Source: Octopus sinensis (Eukaryota). From it: a stretch of 64,000 bases of DNA. The notes under the pieces were generated by a model that saw only the letters and a program-made list of their open reading frames with translations, had not been told where the DNA came from and searched no databases. A program made the position numbers and the translations under genes. The stretch spans positions 49,972,001-50,036,000 of the forward strand of contig NC_042998.1 of assembly GCF_006345805.1 (NCBI RefSeq). The letters are read 5' to 3'. This document shows, in pieces, positions 39,000 through 52,399 of this stretch (the first letter of the stretch is position 1; the number at the start of each line of letters is the position of its first letter).

Positions 39000-40300
39000 T
39001 CTCCAAAGCAAACACCGTCTCTGATTTATCAGATTTGTTTGTTTAAGAGAATTTCAGCAGGATGGGTGCTTTTATGCAAAACAAGCATATGAGTTTTACA
39101 GGGTGTCATTATTTATAGCAATTAGCTTTGAAAGAAATTTGTACGTTGTTGTTCGACAATGTCAGGAATTGAAGGGAATTATCCTGCTAACCTATTCCTA
39201 CAATCCATTAGTTCGGAAATCTACTCGTTCAGGGTTGACTTTGACTAAACAATAAAAACAACAATAGCAGTGAGGATGAGGCGTATAAAAATCCTCACTC
39301 AATTAAATGTCCTGGCTCATAAGGAATTATGTGGCTTTATTAGAGAAATATTACATCGTTTGTGAGACGCTATGTTCTAACAATACTATGAATCAAGGGG
39401 CTGGAATTTCATGCTTCTCTGCTACTCTTCCTCTGCTATATCATCCCACCATTGTTCGTCTTCAGATGGTACCCAATTGATATTACTGTAACTTGATCCT
39501 TACAAATACAATAAGGGGGTGGGTGAATTCAGGATGAATTACGGAAAGCTTCAGAGACTGGAGTTCCCGTTTGACAGGTTGGGAGGACTTCAGAGCGGTA
39601 CAACGTGGTACAAGGGTTGTTAGGTCATCTATTTAAATACAAGCCAATCAGTTTCTTTTGCGAGCAATTTGACGGAAGCTTGTTTGCAAGAAAATAAAAG
39701 ATACAGTAAATTGGCCTGGCTTCAGTTGCAGCTATCTTTGAAGAGAAATAGTGATGGAAGGTTAAAGAACATTTGACAGAATGTAGAATAAATGGCAAAA
39801 CATGTTCATTTGAATCTCAATATCTGTTCTGGGAATTGTGGTTCTTTCATGTGTCACCTTTCACATGCAGCTATGTCATCAAAAAGTTATACGCTATGAC
39901 TGTTGCAGAAAAAAAAAGGAAACAATATTTTGCTTGTCTTGTCTCCAACCGTCAACAGCTTCGCCCCACTCTCTACTAACCATTCTTTCTGTGTTTCAGA
40001 CATTTTTTTTTTATTATGTTTCCATTTTATTATTTTCTGACTCTAAAAGTGTTTTTATTTTTCCACGGCCAAGAAAACAACTTCGTAAGTTATATCAACA
40101 TGAAAAATGTAGAAATTATAAGTCATTCCCAACGGTGAAGGAGTCATGTATGAAGTATAATAAAGGTAGATGATTGAAAAAAGAAAGAAAGAAAGCAAGA
40201 AAGAAAGAAAAGTTTAATACAGAGAGTGCAGAAAATGATCGGAAAATGTATGCGGAAACACTGAGAGAGCAAAAGAAAGAGATAGCAAGGGAGGTTAAGG

Positions 40301-40343
<43 letters not shown>

Positions 40344-41030
40344 CCAAGGAGAATGTATTTTACATTTTTCTTCTTCACAGTAATGAATCATAAATAGCAA
40401 GACAGGTATAAGTTTCAGAATGCTATTTTTGGTTTGGTAAATTGAATTATTGAATCTTGATGTTTTCCCAATATTCTGCCAACGACAGTGAAGATGGTTA
40501 AAAAGGAAACAAAAAAAAAAAAAACAAAAACAAAAACAGCTACACCTTTTGAATAGACATTTTGCTTTATTTCTTTAACTACTTATGATGGTTTAGAATT
40601 TCTTTGTTAACACTTAAAGCAGGTGTAAAGAAACTAATACAGCTGCTGACACCTGGATGAGTTAGTTCTATGTAATAACCATACAGTTAAATTAGTTGAG
40701 TCTCCATATGAGACCAAACTTACAAATCTTACTTGCAGCTAAGATATTCTGTTTTCGGACAACACGCATCATTCTTCAGATTGAACTTGAAAATTGAAGT
40801 GTTATGTTCATGCCACACTTCAGCCAAAATTTATCTCTTCAGTCCCATGGTGGGTGAATGCTTGTTTATAAGTTAGTGCTAAAAAAAACATGATTGAATT
40901 CAATACATACCTATAATTTGTAGTTGGTATGTCTGTCTGTCTGTCGGTCTACCTGCCTGTCTACCTATCTTACTTCTCTATCTATCTTACCTCACTATCT
41001 ATCTTACCCCCTCTCTCTCTATCTTACCTC

Positions 41031-41082
<52 letters not shown>

Positions 41083-42960
41083 CTTACAGAGAGAGAAAAG
41101 GAAAGAGAGAACAGGAGAGAGAGAGAAAGAGAAAAAAGGAGAGAGAGAGAGTGTTCTGAAATATACTTTCACTCATGTAACAAAAGATTACAACCTACAT
41201 CGGGTTGTTACGCTTCTTGTATCCTACTTAGAAACTGTGTTCAACATATAACTTGTGTCTTTGTAAGATAAATCATGCGAAACACATGTAAAGATTGAAC
41301 AAATATTGGTCTCAAATTTTAGCACAAGGCCAACAATTTCGAGGGGTGGTTAAGTTGATTATATCAACTCCATTGCTGAGTACTTATTTTATCGACATCG
41401 AAAATATAAAGGGCAAACTCGACCCCGGTAGCATTTGAACCAAGAACGGAAAGATAGACGAAATGCCGCTAAGCATTTTAACCAGCGGTTCTGCTAGTTC
41501 GCCGCCTTCGGATGAAACGAATATTACAGTAGCATAGTGCGTGGTTTGCGGACAGCACATGACAACCAAATCTTACGCAACATTAATGAAGTGTATAACA
41601 CCCACACACGTGCGTATGCACACATACACGCTCACACACGCATACACACACACAGTTACAGACACATACGCACACATAATATACAACCATCACTCGTAAT
41701 CGAGTATGAGTACCTGTCTTCGCGCTCTGTACATTTCCTCTGTGTTTGTCACTTGGGTTACCGTTTTTCACTAAAGTCACAAGTTCTCACATGCCCAGTG
41801 TTGTGATTTGATAAACCGAAACTGTCTTTCTCTGTCTCCCTCCCTCCCCCCCTCTCTCTCTCTCACACACACACACGCACATACACACGCGCACACACAC
41901 ATATAGATGGATGAATTTCGATATATAGATGTGTGTATGTGTATGCGCATGTTTATGGTCTAAAAACCTTTGTATTTTTCTTTGACGTCCGTATTTCTCT
42001 TGTTTCTTGGCGGGCCAGCTGAGTTTTAACTCAAAATGTAAAGAACCTTAATTAAATACATATAGGAAATTAACCTAGTATAGTATAAAATTTTTGCTGG
42101 GAGCTCAAGTCCGGCAAATTTTTGCTATTCGACCTGCATGAATGATTTGATTACTGTGATCAAATATTTGTATTGCGCATGAGATTATTCCCGCCATCAA
42201 ATCGACATTGTTTGTACAGGTGCACGGTGTGCCAAATATCAGGTGCCAAGGTGATCATACAACAATGTGAGGTGAAACGATTTGCTCAAAAAACACAATG
42301 CACCACTCGCTCCCAGAATGGAACCCACGATCTCGAGATTGCGAGTGCAACAACCTAACCACTTTGCCACTCTCTCAGTATATATAATTCTTTTCTACTC
42401 TAGGCACAAGGCCCGGAAATTTGGATAAAGAGGCCAGTCGATTAGATCGACCTCAGTAAGCAACTGGTACTTAATTTATCGACCAAAAGGATGAAAAGCA
42501 AAGTTGGCCTCGGCGGAATTTGAACTCAGAACGTAAACTCAGTATATATAATTACAGTAGCACATCTGTTTCTCTTCTCACTGAAAACGATTTATTCAGA
42601 CACGTGATTTTCATGTATATTCAAGGACCATTACAAGACATAATATTCATTCTCTTCAAATATGCCAACTTGTACCAAATATTTTTTTTTTATTTGTCCT
42701 ATTATATATTTGAAGATGAATTCTTCACAATGTAAACAAAAATACTCATGTAGAAATTATTTATCCAACATATGTTTGTGTGCATTCATGTGTGCATATG
42801 GATGTCTGTTTAAACACCCACATATATGTATATACATCTATATATATATATATATATTATATATATATATAATATATATATAATAATATTAGGGAAAAAA
42901 TCCAAATTTACAGGGAAAAAATCAGATTTAGGATTAAATTCCAATTTTATAGTAAAATAT

Positions 42961-43274
42961 TATATAATATTAATTAGAGACAAAACCACTATTTTGCAAC
43001 AAACAAGGAAAGACTTAATCAATACATAAATTTTTAATAAAAGTAAAAAAAAGTAAAAAAAAACCGCCACTACAATTGTTTCATGTCTTGAACGACAATC
43101 TTCAGGTGATTTCCGATTTTCAAATCAGTTTCAATTGAAACTGATTTGAAAATCGGAAATCCACCTTGGTGTTCAAGACATGAAACAATTGTAGTGGCGG
43201 TTTTTTTATTAAAATTTTATGTATTGATTAAGTCTTTCCTTGTTTGTTTTGCAAACTAGTGGTTTTGTCTCTAA

Positions 43275-43287
<13 letters not shown>
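42961..43287. repeat. ~325-bp palindrome (fold-back of a Penelope-like terminus)
   Basis: Arms are reverse complements centred on TTTCAATTGAAA (43129-43140). The right arm lacks part of the hammerhead core. Confidence 0.85.
43067..43109 (-). ncRNA. Compact type I hammerhead-like motif
   Basis: UCAC-CUGAAGA-U-UGUC-GUUCAA-GACA-U-GAAA-CAAUUG-UA/GUGG. Palindromic stem III ACAAUUGU; stem II closed by a non-canonical U.U. Confidence 0.6.
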
Positions 43288-43307
<20 letters not shown>

Positions 43308-43326
43308 CATACAGATACACACACAC

Positions 43327-43551
43327 ATATATATATTTCTTTACTAGCCACAAGGGGCTAAACACAGAGGGGACAAAGAAGGACAGATAAACGGATTAAG
43401 TCGATTATATCGAACCCAGTGCGTAACTGGTACTTAATTTATCGACCCCGAAATGATAAAAGGCGGAATTTGAACTCAGAACGTAACGGCAGACGAAATA
43501 CTGCTACGCATTTCGCCCGGCGTGCTAACGTTTCTGCCAGCTCGCCGCCTT
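43327..43551 (-). mobile_element. S1 SINE with small internal deletion
   Basis: Head ...GCTCGCCGCCTTA; tail hairpin AGCC-CCTTGT-GGCT. Further partial S1 copies at ~810-935, 13880-14260, 16030-16170, 41310-41510, 42390-42540, 49575-49750, 50535-50650, 51598-51810 and 52225-52320. Confidence 0.8.
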
Positions 43552-43671
43552 ACTCACACACACACACACATACACACACACACACATATACATATATATA
43601 TATATAAAACATTATTGGTGAATTGAAGAAATGGAGCTGAACGCAGATTGAACAGAAATCGTTTTATTTCA

Positions 43672-43751
43672 TTCTACACGTGTTTCGAAAGGCACAAATT
43701 ACCAAAATCCGATTGAATAATGGGACCATATTGTGTCTTTCTCTTCAGGAA
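43672..43751 (-). ncRNA. Type I hammerhead ribozyme, long stem II (left arm of inverted repeat)
   Basis: UUC-CUGAAGA-GAAAGACACAA...UUGUGCCUUUC-GAAA-CACGUG-UA/GAA. Palindromic stem III ACACGUGU, GUA site. Confidence 0.75.
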
Positions 43752-43871
43752 GAAAAAAGGAAATCCGTTGGAAACACAGAGTTTCGCCATGGGCTCTTAG
43801 GAGCACAGTTCGATTTGTTTTTTGCTCCGCCTCTGTTCTGTTTTTGTGTTTCCAACGGATTTCCTTTTTTC

Positions 43872-43949
43872 TTCCTGAAGAGAAAGACACAATATGGTCC
43901 ATTATTCATCGTATTTTGGTAATTTGTGCCTTTCGAAACACGTGTAGAA
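43872..43949 (+). ncRNA. Type I hammerhead ribozyme, long stem II (right arm of inverted repeat)
   Basis: ttc-ctgaaga-gaaagacacaa...ttgtgcctttc-gaaa-cacgtg-ta/gaa read directly on the + strand. Confidence 0.75.
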
Positions 43950-44753
43950 TGAAATAAAACGATTTCTGTTCAATCTGCGTTCAGCTCCATTTCTTCAATT
44001 CACCAATAATGTTTTAATTTCAATTATCCGCACCAACGCACGGTTGCAACGCCAGATGGTTGTACCTCCAACCGTGCTGTTTACTGCTGTGATTTTTGCT
44101 ACTAAGGTATCGGTTTAACTTTTGATTAATCTACTACAAGATTATTCATCTTTCTATTTCACATATATATATTATATAATTATATATATATATTATATAT
44201 ATATATATATATATATGTATTGACATATCGTAGATAGACTATGTAAAAAAAAGGACAAGGTGATCGCCAAGAAAGCGTCTTTCATTACAGGTCTGCTCCA
44301 TGAAAGCTAACATGGAGCTAAGAATCTACAGCCTGTGCGTTTTATGGCCTACTCAAATGAAAACGACAACTGCTATGGCCTTTTGTAAGGGCTCTCAGGC
44401 TGGTAGTGGTGGGGGGAAACAGTGATATTTTACATTCAAATCAAAGACAGCAGTAAACCTTTATCCTCAGCAAGTTATTAAATGTCAGAACTTTATACAT
44501 CCCTTTGTTTAAGTGTACATCAAAAGAAAGAGAAATACTTGTGTTTGGCGAAAGATATTTTGTTCTAATCAAGCGTGGAAATCAACTAATTCGAAAAGCA
44601 AAAGCTTGGCTTCACTGCAACAAGAACACATTATTAAAGACAGTATCGGAATTGGGAATTACGTTTAGAGTATGTATGCGCTGTAGTTACTCTTATTGTT
44701 TAGTTACAGGTAATCTCCTAGTCAACAGACCCATAATGAAAGCTACTCCAGCC

Positions 44754-46460
44754 GCGACTAAAGCGTTTCTTTCTCCAGGCATTGTATATTTATAGACACG
44801 GCATTCAACGTAAGCCAAGGAGAAGAACCACTATGCGGTAACTCAGACTTCTAGAAATAGCTGTTAAATTTATCTCAAATCGAGTATCATAGAAACTGGC
44901 GTTTACGTTTTGTATTTATTGCGACTAAAATGTTTCCTCCTTCAGGAAACACAACATTCATCATAAGCCAAGAAGAGGATTCACTATGCGGTAGCTCACA
45001 TTTCTAGAAATAACTAACCAAATTTACCTCAAATCAAATGTTATAGGAACTGGAAATTAAGGTTAGAGTCCATATGTTGTATTTATTGTGGCTAAAATCT
45101 TCCCTCCTCCACGCATAGTATTACTTGTTTTAGTCACTTAACTGCGGCCATGCTGGAGCATCGCCCTAAGTCGAACAAATCGTCCCCAATGCTTATTCAT
45201 TGTAAGCCTAGCACTTATTCTATCAGTATTTTTTACCGAACCGCTAAGTTACAGAGATGTAAGCACACAAACATCGGCTGTCAAGGTGGGTGGGTGGGGA
45301 GAAACACACACACACACGCGCGCGTGCACATATATACGGCGAGCTTCTTTCAGTTTCCGTCTACTAAATCCACTCACAACGCTTTGTCTAAAGTGCCACG
45401 CAGTGGGACTGAAACCGGAACCATGTGGTTGGGAAGCAAGCTTCAGTGTGTCTCAAGGAGAGGATTCAGTATGCAGTAACTCAAACTTCTAGAAATAACA
45501 GCCAAATTTACCTCAAAATCAAGTATCATTGGAGCAGGGAGTTATATTTTGAGTCTATATCTTGTATTTATTGAAACTAAAACATCTACTCCTCGAGGCA
45601 TAGTATATTCGAGAAACAACATTCAACAAATGGCAAGGTGAGAACCCACTATGTGGTAACTCAGACTTCTATAAATAGCTGCTACATTTACCTCAAATTA
45701 AGTATCATACAAACACAAATTGGGGATTAAGATTAAAGTGCATATGTTTTATTTATTGTGACTAAAACGTCTCGTCCTCCAGGCATAGTATATTTATAAT
45801 ACAGTATTCAACGTAAGCCGAGGAGAGGATCCAGTATGCGGTAACTCAAGCTTCGAGAAATAGCTGCCAAATTTACCTCAGATCAAGTATCTTAGGAACT
45901 GGGAATTAAGTTTTGAGTCCATATGTTGTATTTATTGCGACTAAAATATTTCCTCCTTCGGGCATAGTATATTTATAAGCACAGCTTTTAACGTATGTCA
46001 AAGAGGGGATTCACTATGCGGTAATTCAAACTTCTAGAAATATCAACCTAATTTACCTCAAACCAAGTATCATAGGAACTGGGAATTATGCTTTGAGTGT
46101 ATATGTTGTATTTATTGTGACTAAAATGTTCCTTCCTCCGGGCATAGTAAATTTATAAACACTACATTGAACGTATGTGAAGTAGAAAAACCACTTTGCG
46201 GTAACTCAAACTTCTAGAAATAGCTGCCAAATTTAGCTCAAATCATATATTATAGGAATTGGGAATTAAGTTTAGAGTCCATTTGTTGTATTTATTATGA
46301 CTAAAATGTTTCTTCCTCCAGGCATGGTATATTTATAAACACAACATTTAACATAAGCCAAGGAGAAGATCCAGTATGTGGTAACTCAAACTTCTAGAAA
46401 TAGTTACCAAACTTCTAGAAATAGCTACCAAACTTCTAGAAATAGCTACCAAACTTACCT
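44754..46460. repeat. Tandem satellite, ~180-bp monomer, ~8 copies
   Basis: GACTAAAA-type anchors at 45573, 45758, 45937, 46117 and 46297 (periods 185, 179, 180, 180); also 44754, 44921 and 45088. Ends in a 21-bp subrepeat x3 at ~46389-46455. Confidence 0.9.
45121..45442 (-). mobile_element. OK-like SINE inserted in the 180-bp satellite
   Basis: Interrupts a monomer between GCATAGTA and CAAGGAGAGGATTC; no TSD seen. Confidence 0.8.
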
Positions 46461-47427
46461 GAAATGAGAAATAGAAGATGCATTAGATAGTGTCGTTACA
46501 TTCACTGATAAAAAATAAGCATGGTGATTATGGCTGGGTTACTTTTGATCATGGGGTTAAAAATCGTTTTACCAAAATTAAATTTCGCCTAAAGCTGATC
46601 AATAATAACAATCACATGTCGTTTCTCAATCAGGATGGTAGAATCCAATGTGAAAGACTCTTAGCATCAAAACAGGAGCAGGTCAAAAAACACATAGACG
46701 TTCCCACGCTGTCTTCTAGGAGTATTTTCTTCTGAACTTTACGAAAATATAGTTTCGCTTTCATTTTATTATTCTATATAGGTCCAGGGATACCACTTTC
46801 AACATTTTTTTTTACTTATTTCAGTCATTTGGCTGTGCTTATGCTGGAGCACCGCTTTGGAGGGTTTTAATCAAAGAAAGGTCCTAGGACATTTTTAAAA
46901 CCTAGTATTATCGGTATTTTTTTTTTTTTTGCCGAACGGTTAAGTTATTGGGGCATAAACACAACACCGGTTGTCACACCGTGATGGGAGGACAAACACA
47001 GTACAATGCCAAACATTGACAACATACACACATACATACATACACACACACACATATTCTTTTGTTCCAGTCATTTGACTGCAGCCTTGCTGGAGCATCG
47101 CTTTTAGTCTAACAAATCGACCCCAGGACTTATTCTTTGTAAGCCTAGTACCTATTCCATCCGTCTCTTTTTGCCGAACCACTAAGTTATGGAGACGCAA
47201 ACGCACCAACATCGGTTGACAAGCGATGGGGGAGGGGGAAACACAGACATACAAACTTATACAAGTATACGACGGGCTTCTTTCAGTTTCCGTCTACCAA
47301 ATCCACTCACAAGGCTTTTGTCGGTCCGAAGCTATAGTAGAAGTCACTTGCCCAAGGTGCCACGCAGTGGGATTGAACTCAGAACCATGTGGTTGGAAAG
47401 CAGGCTTCTTGCCACACACCCACGCCT

Positions 47428-47519
<92 letters not shown>

Positions 47520-47585
47520 TATATTATATATATATACATACATACATACATACATACATACATACATACTTATATATATATATGT

Positions 47586-47622
<37 letters not shown>

Positions 47623-48252
47623 TGTGTGTACGACGAGCTCCTTTGAGTTTCTGTCTACTATGACCTGAATGTTATACTTGGTCAAGTATAGCACATACGT
47701 ACGAGAAGGTATTTGTCTACTCGTTACTGCATGGGCACCTAAAACACTCAGGAAAAGCAGGGATCGAACTGAGGAGGGACCGAACTAAGGGATCGAACGT
47801 AAAACCAATTACTTAACCCTCACAGCCACACCTATATTACTATGTTTGCCGTGTTTATTATTTTTGTTCTTTCTTTCTGTGTTAAGGTTATTTGATAGTA
47901 GTTATTATTTCAAAATATAATAGACATAAAATCTGAAATAATAACTCATCCACCTAGACTATAATTGATTATTGACAGCATTTCCTATTTGAGATGAGGC
48001 CAAAAAGTCTTGATGTTATAGAAATCCATAATCTTTGTCTATCATAATAATCAGTTCATTAATCACACATAAATCTTCATAAGAACCATTAGAAAAACAA
48101 CCCAAAACAATCTTCGAAGAATCTTGATGTGACATAATATTCTGGTTAAATCGAAAATCATTTCTAAATTTCACTGATGTAAATCTGTACATCTTCGAAA
48201 ACAAACATACAATAGATGTATATGTGCATATATATATATAATATATATATAT

Positions 48253-48286
<34 letters not shown>

Positions 48287-48434
48287 AAATATATATATAT
48301 ATACATGCATATGCAGCCATACATTCATACATACATATATGTATGAATGTATGTATGTATATATATGTATATTAATATATGTATGTATATGTATTTATGT
48401 ATGTATGTATGTATATATATATATATATATATAT

Positions 48435-48487
<53 letters not shown>

Positions 48488-48551
48488 CTGCGTAGGGTGT
48501 GTATCTGTGCGTGAGCATTTATGTCTGTATATACATATACATATGAATGCG

Positions 48552-48592
<41 letters not shown>

Positions 48593-48719
48593 ATATATAT
48601 ATATTATATATATATATATATATTATATATATATATATATAATATATATATTTGTCTGCGTAGGGTGTGTATCTGTGCGTGAGCATTTATGTCTGTATAT
48701 ACATATACATATGAATGCG

Positions 48720-48761
<42 letters not shown>

Positions 48762-50249
48762 TACATATATATGTTATATATACTCATATGTGTGTGTGTA
48801 TGTGTGTGTGTGTTTGCGTGTGTGTGTGTATGATCGTGTATGTTTGTGCTTGAAACTTAGAATAATATTGAGTCGTTGTTATCATAAGATTCTTTTTAGT
48901 AAATTAAGAAGCATATTATTGGAAATATAATGTTAGCTAATCGATATTGTATGGCTTTCAAAATAATTTTAGTTTGCGAAAAATATTTCTACTTTTTACT
49001 TTTATAATATAGCTTGCTGATTGAGAGTAGCTCTAAAATATCTTCAGTCGGGCATTTGATGGGCTACATACAATCCCAAAGACATATCAGTAGCCAATTT
49101 CTCCTCTTGCTGGTCCTGTATCTTAATTAAAAAATATATTTCAGGATAACGTAACGTATGAGTTGTTTTCAGCACTAATTAAAGTCATCCTGGATAGCTC
49201 TCCTACTTACCAAGAGGATTCTCTCGCTCAGGGCTCCAACGAGAGCAGGCCCTTGATAAATAGGAGTGAGAAAACTACATCTGGCAAGGAAAACCGGATC
49301 TAAGAACTACCAAAGGTTACCGAAGGTTATCAAGGGTTGTCAAGGGTTCAGCAATGCTAGAACCCAAACCTTAATGGAGCCCTTAGGATGTCTATCCACA
49401 CTCCACATACCAAAGTGAGATTGCAAAGTTGTGTTACTCGTTTAGTCGCCGACAATGTTTGGGGACATGACTTCCAAATTGTTAGCCTACATCACCCAGG
49501 GTATAGCTCCTTTTTAAATAGAGAGCGGATCAACGGCCAATATCTCTAATTTTAGTCAATTATCTCATGTGGAATATACATTTAGAGAATTTCGTCCGTT
49601 TTTACGTTCCGAGTTCAAATTCAGTCGAGGTTGACTTTGCCTTTCATCTTTCGGGGTCGATAAAATAATACATACCAGTTGAGCACTGGAGTTGATATAA
49701 TCGAACTTTCCCCACCTCCAAACTTTGTGGCATTGTGCTAACATTTGAAACAATATATGTTTGGAGTAAGTCAGTCAAGCCCATCCCGCACTGGTTTTGG
49801 TTCAGGTGGCTGCGTATCCTTTACTGTTTTCCTAGTGTCCTTTGAAAGTCTTCAGATCCGGAGTCTTCCACTGTTTTCGGTTTTGTTCATCTCAACATTG
49901 CTTGTGTCTGCCGATGATCTGGAAGCCTGAAAATCGTACCCTTATATCTGTATATCTTCATATTCTACAAGATACAGTTCTCTATTAATTAAAGACTACA
50001 ACTCTATTAATTAAACTCTACAAGGCAAGTAGGAGGGTATAATAACGATGATTAAGTAGATTCTTCCTTTAAGATGAAACCATTTGCTTCCATTGGATAT
50101 CAAATGTATATAATTCTGAACAATTTCAGTATGAAAATTGAAATAGAAAATATTTAATACTTTGATCTTGTTTATAGCACATTAAGGCGACTATTCTGTA
50201 GTGTTGTATAGAATCGGCCCTAATTACAGCTACCGCTGAGGTCAACTTT

Positions 50250-50419
50250 GTCTTTCATCCCTTCGGGGACCATCAGAAATGTATGTGAGTGTATGTATGT
50301 ATGTATGTATGTATGTATGTATGTATGTATGTATGTATGTATGTACGCATGTATGTATGTATGTATGTATGTATGCATGCATGCATGTATGTATGTATGC
50401 ATGTATGTATGTATGTATG

Positions 50420-50450
<31 letters not shown>

Positions 50451-50525
50451 GTATGTATGTATGCATGCGTGCGTGCATGCATGTATGTATGTATGCATGT
50501 ATGTATGTATGTATGTATGTATGTA
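50250..50525. repeat. (TATG)n microsatellite inside an S1 SINE junction
   Basis: Direct reading. Confidence 0.95.
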
Positions 50526-50668
50526 TCTATATTATTGGTGAGCTGGCAGAATCGTTAGCACGTTGGGCATAATGCTTAGCTGCATTTCGTCCGTCTTTAC
50601 GCTCAGAGTTCAAATTCATACTTTTCAGGGTTGATAAAATGAGTATTAGTGTTATGCCTATATTATTA

Positions 50669-51496
50669 CAGCTGAAAATCCTTTAATCCAAAATCCGAAA
50701 GTTTTTGAGTGACACTAGCATTATTATTGCGTTACAAGTAAAATGCTGACATTTTCAGTTTATATGACAACTACCTATAATTAAATTTCACGTTTTGTTC
50801 TTTTATAAAAATATGTACTGTAACCTTTTAATCAAAACATGACTTCGTAGGCGGATACTGACAACTTGTCGAACTTTCCATCTCACAGTGTCATTGATGA
50901 CGATGCTCTCTCTCTCAAGTTTCTCGAATCTGACGTAGTTATAATGTCTGGGGCTGCATTTATCTTCAAATTTATAAGCAGTCTTTATCATGTTTTGTTT
51001 CAACGAATTTTTGTTCTGTCAGCACAAAACTTTATTTTTACGTTATTTTATTTCACTTCTATTTATGAGTGTGACATGACTAGAATCATTACCTGTACAT
51101 TAATTTAATAATATAAGATATATAATATATAATATTATAAATATATAATAAAATACACCTTACATAAAACCTAATACATGTATAGTAAAAAAAATAATAT
51201 ACAAATGGCGTGCGCGTACTGTAACCTTTTAACCAGGATATGGCATCGTAGGTAGAGACTGTTATCTAAACTTTCAGATGGCATTATGCTCAAAATGCTA
51301 TCAAAAATTTATATAAACTATATTCCATGTATATGTAAAAATAATAAACAATAAAATGCAAACGGATATTGTCTTTAGAATTGGGTCCCATCCCCAAGCT
51401 ATCGCATTTTGTAGATGCAAATATATACATATTCCCAAATCCGACATCCGCGTCACGTTCTGTACTTGAAATTTCGGAAAACGAATTTCTTAACTG
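50669..51496. mobile_element. Pogo/Tigger-like non-autonomous DNA transposon
   Basis: TA-flanked; ends CAGCTGAAAATCCTTTAATCCAAAATCCGAAA and TTTCGGAAAACGAATTTCTTAACTG. Internal TTGGGTCCCATCCCCAAG resembles Tigger4/Zombi as recalled. Confidence 0.6.
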
Positions 51497-51817
51497 TATT
51501 ATCATTATTATCATCATCAATATTATTTATTTATTTATTTATTATTATTGTTGTTGTTGTTATTATTATTATTGTTGTTGATGTTGTTGTTGTTAAGGGG
51601 GCGAACCGGCAGCATCGTTAGCACCACAGACAAAAACACTTTGTAGCATTTTGTCCGCCTTTACGATCTGGGTTCCAGTTCCATCCAGGTTGATTTTTAC
51701 CTTTCGTCCTTTCGAGGTCGATAAAATAAGGATCAGTTACGCATTGCAGGGCGATGAAATTGACTATGCCGCCCTGCTCCAGAATTTCAGATCTAGTGCC
51801 TATAGTAGAAAGCATTA

Positions 51818-52204
51818 GTGGAGGCGCAATGGCCCAGTGGTTAGGGCAGCAGACTCGCGGTCGTAGGATCGCGGTTTCGATTCCCAGACCTGGCTTTGTG
51901 AGTGTTTATTGAGCGAAAACACCTAAAGCTCCACGAGGCTCCGGCAGGGGGTGGTGGTGATCCCTGCTGTACTCTTTCGCCACAACTTTCTCTCACTCTT
52001 TCTTCCTGTTTCTGTTGTACCTGTATTTCAAAGGGCCGGCCTTGTCACTCTCTGTGTCACGCTGAATATCCCCGAGAACTACGTTAAGGGTACACGTGTC
52101 TGTGGAGTGCTCAGCCACTTACACGTTAATTTCACGAGCAGGCTGTTCCGTTGGTCGGATCAACCGGAACCCTCATCGTCGTAACCGACGGAGTGCTTCC
52201 ATCC
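51818..52204 (+). mobile_element. OR1-like tRNA-Arg-derived SINE (head A + tail X)
   Basis: GGAGGCGCAATGGCCCAGTGGTTAGG head; 14-bp TSD AGTAGAAAGCATTA at 51804-51817 and 52205-52218. Confidence 0.85.
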
Positions 52205-52399
52205 AGTAGAAAGCATTATTATTATGGCGGTGAACTGGCAGAAACATGAGCATGCTGAACACACTACTTTGTGGCATTTCCTCCGTCTTAACGTTCTGAG
52301 TTCAAATCCCGCTGCGGTTATAGGGGAATTTCGTCGACGGAAAATCAGTGGAAACTTGTCGCCGCGTATGTATGTCTCCTCTATTTTTTAATTATTTAT

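Larger units (their letters stand above)
43605..44016. repeat. Inverted repeat of Penelope-like termini (arms 43605-43778 and 43845-44016)
   Basis: Near-perfect ~172-bp arms. The 66-bp spacer is the continuation of one copy (compare 9200-9265). Confidence 0.9.

Noticed and set aside
44754-46460. Regular repeats as a possible CRISPR array or retrozyme
   Set aside because: There are no unique spacers or cas genes, the context is eukaryotic, and no hammerhead core was found on either strand of the monomer.
48480-48760. ~80-bp direct duplication embedded in (TA)n
   Set aside because: Consistent with slippage or assembly noise in a microsatellite-rich tract.
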